Assembly (NCBI GenBank): GCA_002400365.1
Contig: DHFK01000087.1
Location: forward strand, 9,635-73,634
DNA length: 64,000 nucleotides
Origin: Anaerolineales bacterium UBA4826
Lineage (GTDB): Bacteria > Chloroflexota > Anaerolineae > UBA4142
Reading direction: 5' to 3'
Positions within the stretch are counted from its first letter, which is position 1. Each line of letters starts with the position of its first letter. Under the pieces are notes generated by a model that ran no database searches, was not told where the DNA came from, and was given only the letters and a program-made list of their open reading frames with translations. The position numbers and the translations under genes were made by a program. Below, piece after piece: positions 60,686-64,000 of this stretch.

Positions 60686-62266
60686 TCAACTATTCGGCAC
60701 CCTCTGCCCGGCTTGCACCCAGGCGTGCAGGACCGCATACAATCCGGCGAGCGCGCAGGCGCCCCCGATCGCGCTGACGAATGTCAGCGCGGTGGCAAGC
60801 GCGATGACCGCCAACGCCAATCCAACTATCTCTGCCGCGATGCCGCCCCAGAAAAACGCACCGAAATATCCGTGGGTCATTAGACGATGTCCGTAGCGCG
60901 CGTTCGTCGTCGCGGGTGGAATCGCGAAATCGGCAAGGATTTGTGTGACGATGAGCGCGGCGAGACTGACGACGAATGCCCAGACGAGCGGAGTCGTCGC
61001 CGCAACCGCTAACCCGCCGATCATCGCCGCGATCAACAACGCGCCGCCGCCAGCCGCCCCGGCGTGGAGGAATAGATTGAGCGCAAGCGGCGGCGACTGC
61101 CACAAATCGCGCCCTTCCGCTTGGGAAAAGAGAAACGCCGAATAGATCGCGGAAAAGATCGCGAGAAACGCGGCGGGAAACGTCAACGCGTTTTGCGTTT
61201 GCTTGAGCCAATCCATTGGCAGCGCAATCGTCGCGCGCACGAATGTTTCTTGCGCCACGCTCGCGAGAAACCATAATCCGCCCAGCGCCGTGAATCCCAT
61301 CAAGATGAACGCGCCGCGCGCGAGCCACGAACGCAGCTGCGGGCGCAATACGATTTTCAAGAATCGGCGCGGCTGTTTCAAATCCCAGACGAGGAAAAAG
61401 GTCGTGATGCCGATGAACACAAGCGATAGGCATGCGGCAAGCGCGGCAAACGCGTTGGGGATCGGCAATCCAAATCCCAGGAACAACGCCGGGATAAAAA
61501 ACACGCCCGCGCCGATGGATTTCGTCCACAGGTACGCCGCAACTTTCCAGCCCCAGGGCATTTCGTGCGGCACGTCGTACACGGTTTGCGTCAGCGCGCC
61601 CGCAAACGTGCCCCCGCGCTGAATCGGTCCAGCGTGCCGGCCATTCGGCGCATATGCCGATTCGCCTACGTCTGCCCACATCCACGTTTCGGAACGCGCC
61701 GTCGCGAGCGGATTGAGCGATGCCGCTTCGCCGTCTATGTAGAATACTTTGGGATTCGTGCCTTGCTCCGGTTTGCGCACCGAAACCTGTTCGCGCGCGA
61801 GGAGCCGCGAGACCTGAGAACTGGGATCGTCCACGTCGCCGACGATGATCGCCCGTTCGGGGCAAACGATCACGCACGCCGGCTCCAAACCGCGCTCAAG
61901 CCGATGCGCGCAGAAATGGCATTTCGCCGCGGTGTGCGTTTCCGGGTCAACGTAGATCGCGTCGTAGGGACACGCTTGCAGGCACGCTTTGCACGCGATG
62001 CACTGCTCGCCGTTGAATTCGACGATGCCATCCGGTCGCCGATACATCGCGCCGGTCGGACAGATGCGGACGCACGGCGGATTATCGCATTGATTGCAGC
62101 GCGTGACCTGAAAGTACCGGCGTGTATGCGGAAACTTGCCTTTCTCGACGTACTTGACCCACGTGCGAAACACGCCGAGCGGCACCTGGTTCTCTTCCTT
62201 GCACGCGACACTGCACGCGTGACAGCCGATGCATTTGCGATTGTCAATGATCTTGGCGTATTTCAT
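60686..62266 (-). CDS. fused four-cluster ferredoxin (DmsB/PsrB-like) and NrfD/PsrC-like membrane anchor
   Basis: 526 aa. Four Cys groups (CIGCHACSVAC, CNQCDNPPC, CIACKACLQAC, CHFC...CVIVC) are followed by about 8 TM segments. There is no signal peptide. Confidence 0.88.
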   Translation of the reverse strand: MKYAKIIDNRKCIGCHACSVACKEENQVPLGVFRTWVKYVEKGKFPHTRRYFQVTRCNQCDNPPCVRICPTGAMYRRPDGIVEFNGEQCIACKACLQACPYDAIYVDPETHTAAKCHFCAHRLERGLEPACVIVCPERAIIVGDVDDPSSQVSRLLAREQVSVRKPEQGTNPKVFYIDGEAASLNPLATARSETWMWADVGESAYAPNGRHAGPIQRGGTFAGALTQTVYDVPHEMPWGWKVAAYLWTKSIGAGVFFIPALFLGFGLPIPNAFAALAACLSLVFIGITTFFLVWDLKQPRRFLKIVLRPQLRSWLARGAFILMGFTALGGLWFLASVAQETFVRATIALPMDWLKQTQNALTFPAAFLAIFSAIYSAFLFSQAEGRDLWQSPPLALNLFLHAGAAGGGALLIAAMIGGLAVAATTPLVWAFVVSLAALIVTQILADFAIPPATTNARYGHRLMTHGYFGAFFWGGIAAEIVGLALAVIALATALTFVSAIGGACALAGLYAVLHAWVQAGQRVPNS

Positions 62267-62995
62267 CTAGTCTCCGCCGGAAATTCGTGGGTTGATGATT
62301 TGATCCAAGCGCGAACGATCAAACACTTCCCCAGCGGAATGGCGCAGGGGAATCGTGAGCAAGCCCACGCCGAACAACAGCGACATGAACAGCGCCACCA
62401 CGCCAATGACGATTTCACCGCTGAGCGGTCCAATCGCGCCACGCGCGATGAATTCCTCCCAGGTCGTAACCGCAGTTGGCTGGGTGATATTCTTCAAAAT
62501 CCAACTCGCGATCAGCGTGAGAAAAATCCAACTGTAGTTGCGGCGAAAGCGCCGTCCCAGGGCTTCCCAGAGCGAGATCGGAAACTGCGGATGGCGCAAA
62601 CTGTCTGCCAGTCTTTCTGCCCACTGGGGCGAGGGCTCGTGGGGCGGTACCAACATCGCCGCAAAATAGTTGCACTCCATCAAACGCGCGCGGTACGCCC
62701 ACAACTCATAATAACGATCGCGCCGCGCTTCGATAAACAGAAAGAGGGCGATCAAGAACAGGTTGATGATGATGACGCCGTGATGATGATCCGACGCGGA
62801 GAGCGAGAAGGAAATCGCCGCGCCGGCAGTGATGATCGCCCAGTTGGTTGTGGCGTCGAGCCGCTGGCGCCAGACGTTCGAGCGTTGAATCTCCGCCCGA
62901 TAAAAGTGGACAAACGCCGTGTTGAACTCGCTCGTTTTAAGGTCGAGGTCGCGAAATTTCCAAATCGGTTCGCGTCCCGTTTGAGATTGGGTCAT
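62267..62995 (-). CDS. DUF2270-like integral membrane protein
   Basis: 242 aa. The N-terminal FVHFYRAEIQRSNVWRQRLDATTNWAI block matches what I recall of DUF2270. Four TM segments. Its stop abuts the start of the FeS-NrfD gene. Confidence 0.6.
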   Translation of the reverse strand: MTQSQTGREPIWKFRDLDLKTSEFNTAFVHFYRAEIQRSNVWRQRLDATTNWAIITAGAAISFSLSASDHHHGVIIINLFLIALFLFIEARRDRYYELWAYRARLMECNYFAAMLVPPHEPSPQWAERLADSLRHPQFPISLWEALGRRFRRNYSWIFLTLIASWILKNITQPTAVTTWEEFIARGAIGPLSGEIVIGVVALFMSLLFGVGLLTIPLRHSAGEVFDRSRLDQIINPRISGGD

Positions 62996-64000
62996 GAGGC
63001 AGATTGATCGAGCAGCATCACCGCGTGGGTCAGATCGTCCACGGTCATGCCCGGTGATTGAATGGCGAGGTTGCGATAGACTTCCTCGGCGCGCGCCTTG
63101 ACCGCATTCATATCAAGCGCCGTGCCGCGCAACGCCAGTTCGAGCGCGCCCGGCGCGAATTTCGGCAGCATCGTGAAATCGCCGGAGAGCGTGACGTCGT
63201 CAATGCGTCCCGCGCGCGTGCGCGCGGTTACCCGAATCAAACCGCCGGGCGCTTTGTGCGCCGCTTCGATCACGCGCACGTCTTCGTGAATCTTGACGCC
63301 GACCTGGCGCAGTCCGCCTTTTTGATAGAGCCATTCATCGGTCACCGCTTGCGCGTCCAATTGCGCCGCAATCGCCAGTTCCTTTTCGGTCGGTTCGCCG
63401 GGAACGATCTTGCGTCCCAGCACCGCCTCGACTTGCTCGAGATAGATTTTGACGACGGCGTCACGATCGGGCGTGCGTCCCAGGTGGCGCGTCATCGTCG
63501 TCATGTATTCGTTGAGGGATTGGAAAATCTTGTCGCGCATTTTCTCGGACGACACCTTCAACACTTGCGCCATCAACTCAACATTGAAATCGAACATCAA
63601 TGAGCCGACGACGACTTCGGCGTCGCCCATCTGCGCCGCGCCGGTGCCGCCGATCTTTTTGCCTTGCACGTGAATATCGTTGATCGGGCGATAGGTCGCC
63701 GGAATGCCAAACGCCCGATACGTTTCGACGAGCGGCTTGACGTACAGCGCAAATCGTTCGCCGAGATCGGCAGGCAAAACGTTGCGGTGGAAAATCCATT
63801 GTGTAAAGACCTGGTTTTGGTCGAGGTACACCGCGCCGCCGCCCACCTCGCGCCGATAGATCGGCAAGCCATGTGCGCGGCAGTACTCCACGTCCACTTC
63901 TTTTTCCAGTTCCTGATGAAAACCGATGCACACGTACGGTTCGGTCGGTCCGACGAGGATGATCGTGTCCGGCGAATCCGCATCGAGCGCGTATGCGACG
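62992..64000 (-). CDS. lplA: lipoate--protein ligase (LplA family), 5-prime end beyond the window
   Basis: The frame stays open to the window edge (..AYALDADSPDTIILVGPTEPYVCIGFHQ..). GGGAVYLD and the KKIGGTGAAQ lysine motif are present. ATGA overlap with the DUF2270 gene. Confidence 0.85.
   Translation of the reverse strand, partial: VAYALDADSPDTIILVGPTEPYVCIGFHQELEKEVDVEYCRAHGLPIYRREVGGGAVYLDQNQVFTQWIFHRNVLPADLGERFALYVKPLVETYRAFGIPATYRPINDIHVQGKKIGGTGAAQMGDAEVVVGSLMFDFNVELMAQVLKVSSEKMRDKIFQSLNEYMTTMTRHLGRTPDRDAVVKIYLEQVEAVLGRKIVPGEPTEKELAIAAQLDAQAVTDEWLYQKGGLRQVGVKIHEDVRVIEAAHKAPGGLIRVTARTRAGRIDDVTLSGDFTMLPKFAPGALELALRGTALDMNAVKARAEEVYRNLAIQSPGMTVDDLTHAVMLLDQSAS

Noticed and set aside
57551-60883. 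ORFs of 280-380 aa on the plus strand opposite the Mo-enzyme gene (57551-58681, 59018-59872, 59930-60883)
   Set aside because: They are shadow ORFs with Arg/His-rich composition, opposite a 938-aa gene with clear MopB motifs.

Overview
High-GC (above 60% by eye) bacterial chromosomal window. Gene content and style suggest a Chloroflexota or Anaerolineae-like organism, but that is inference. Most of it is housekeeping: yvcK-like, gap, pgk, tRNA-Leu, tig, clpP, clpX, moaC, selD, fabF, rnc, smc, folK, argS and polA. It also carries a two-component system, a cobalamin-riboswitch-controlled btuFCD-like importer, an ABC-2 exporter, several very large GT-C/YfhO/DUF2723-type membrane proteins, three toxin-antitoxin-type pairs, and a Tat-less molybdopterin oxidoreductase operon that runs off the window end. 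I cannot name one clear novel multi-gene system. The observations most worth follow-up are: (1) hairpins built from tandem 7-8 nt units in nearly every intergenic gap, and in frame inside polA, the Mo-enzyme and other CDSs; (2) a GAAACCCGTTTTC palindromic element inserted in frame in two unrelated genes; (3) a vapBC-like cassette flanked by a 108-bp duplication of the moaC 3-prime end; (4) selD with an in-frame UGA (selenocysteine); (5) a DeoC-fold protein with all catalytic residues replaced; (6) an SMC with no recognisable hinge; (7) paired response-regulator-type direct repeats; (8) promoters implying leaderless mRNAs, some built from the repeats. Every call comes from reading the sequence and the ORF translations. 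No searches or computations were run.
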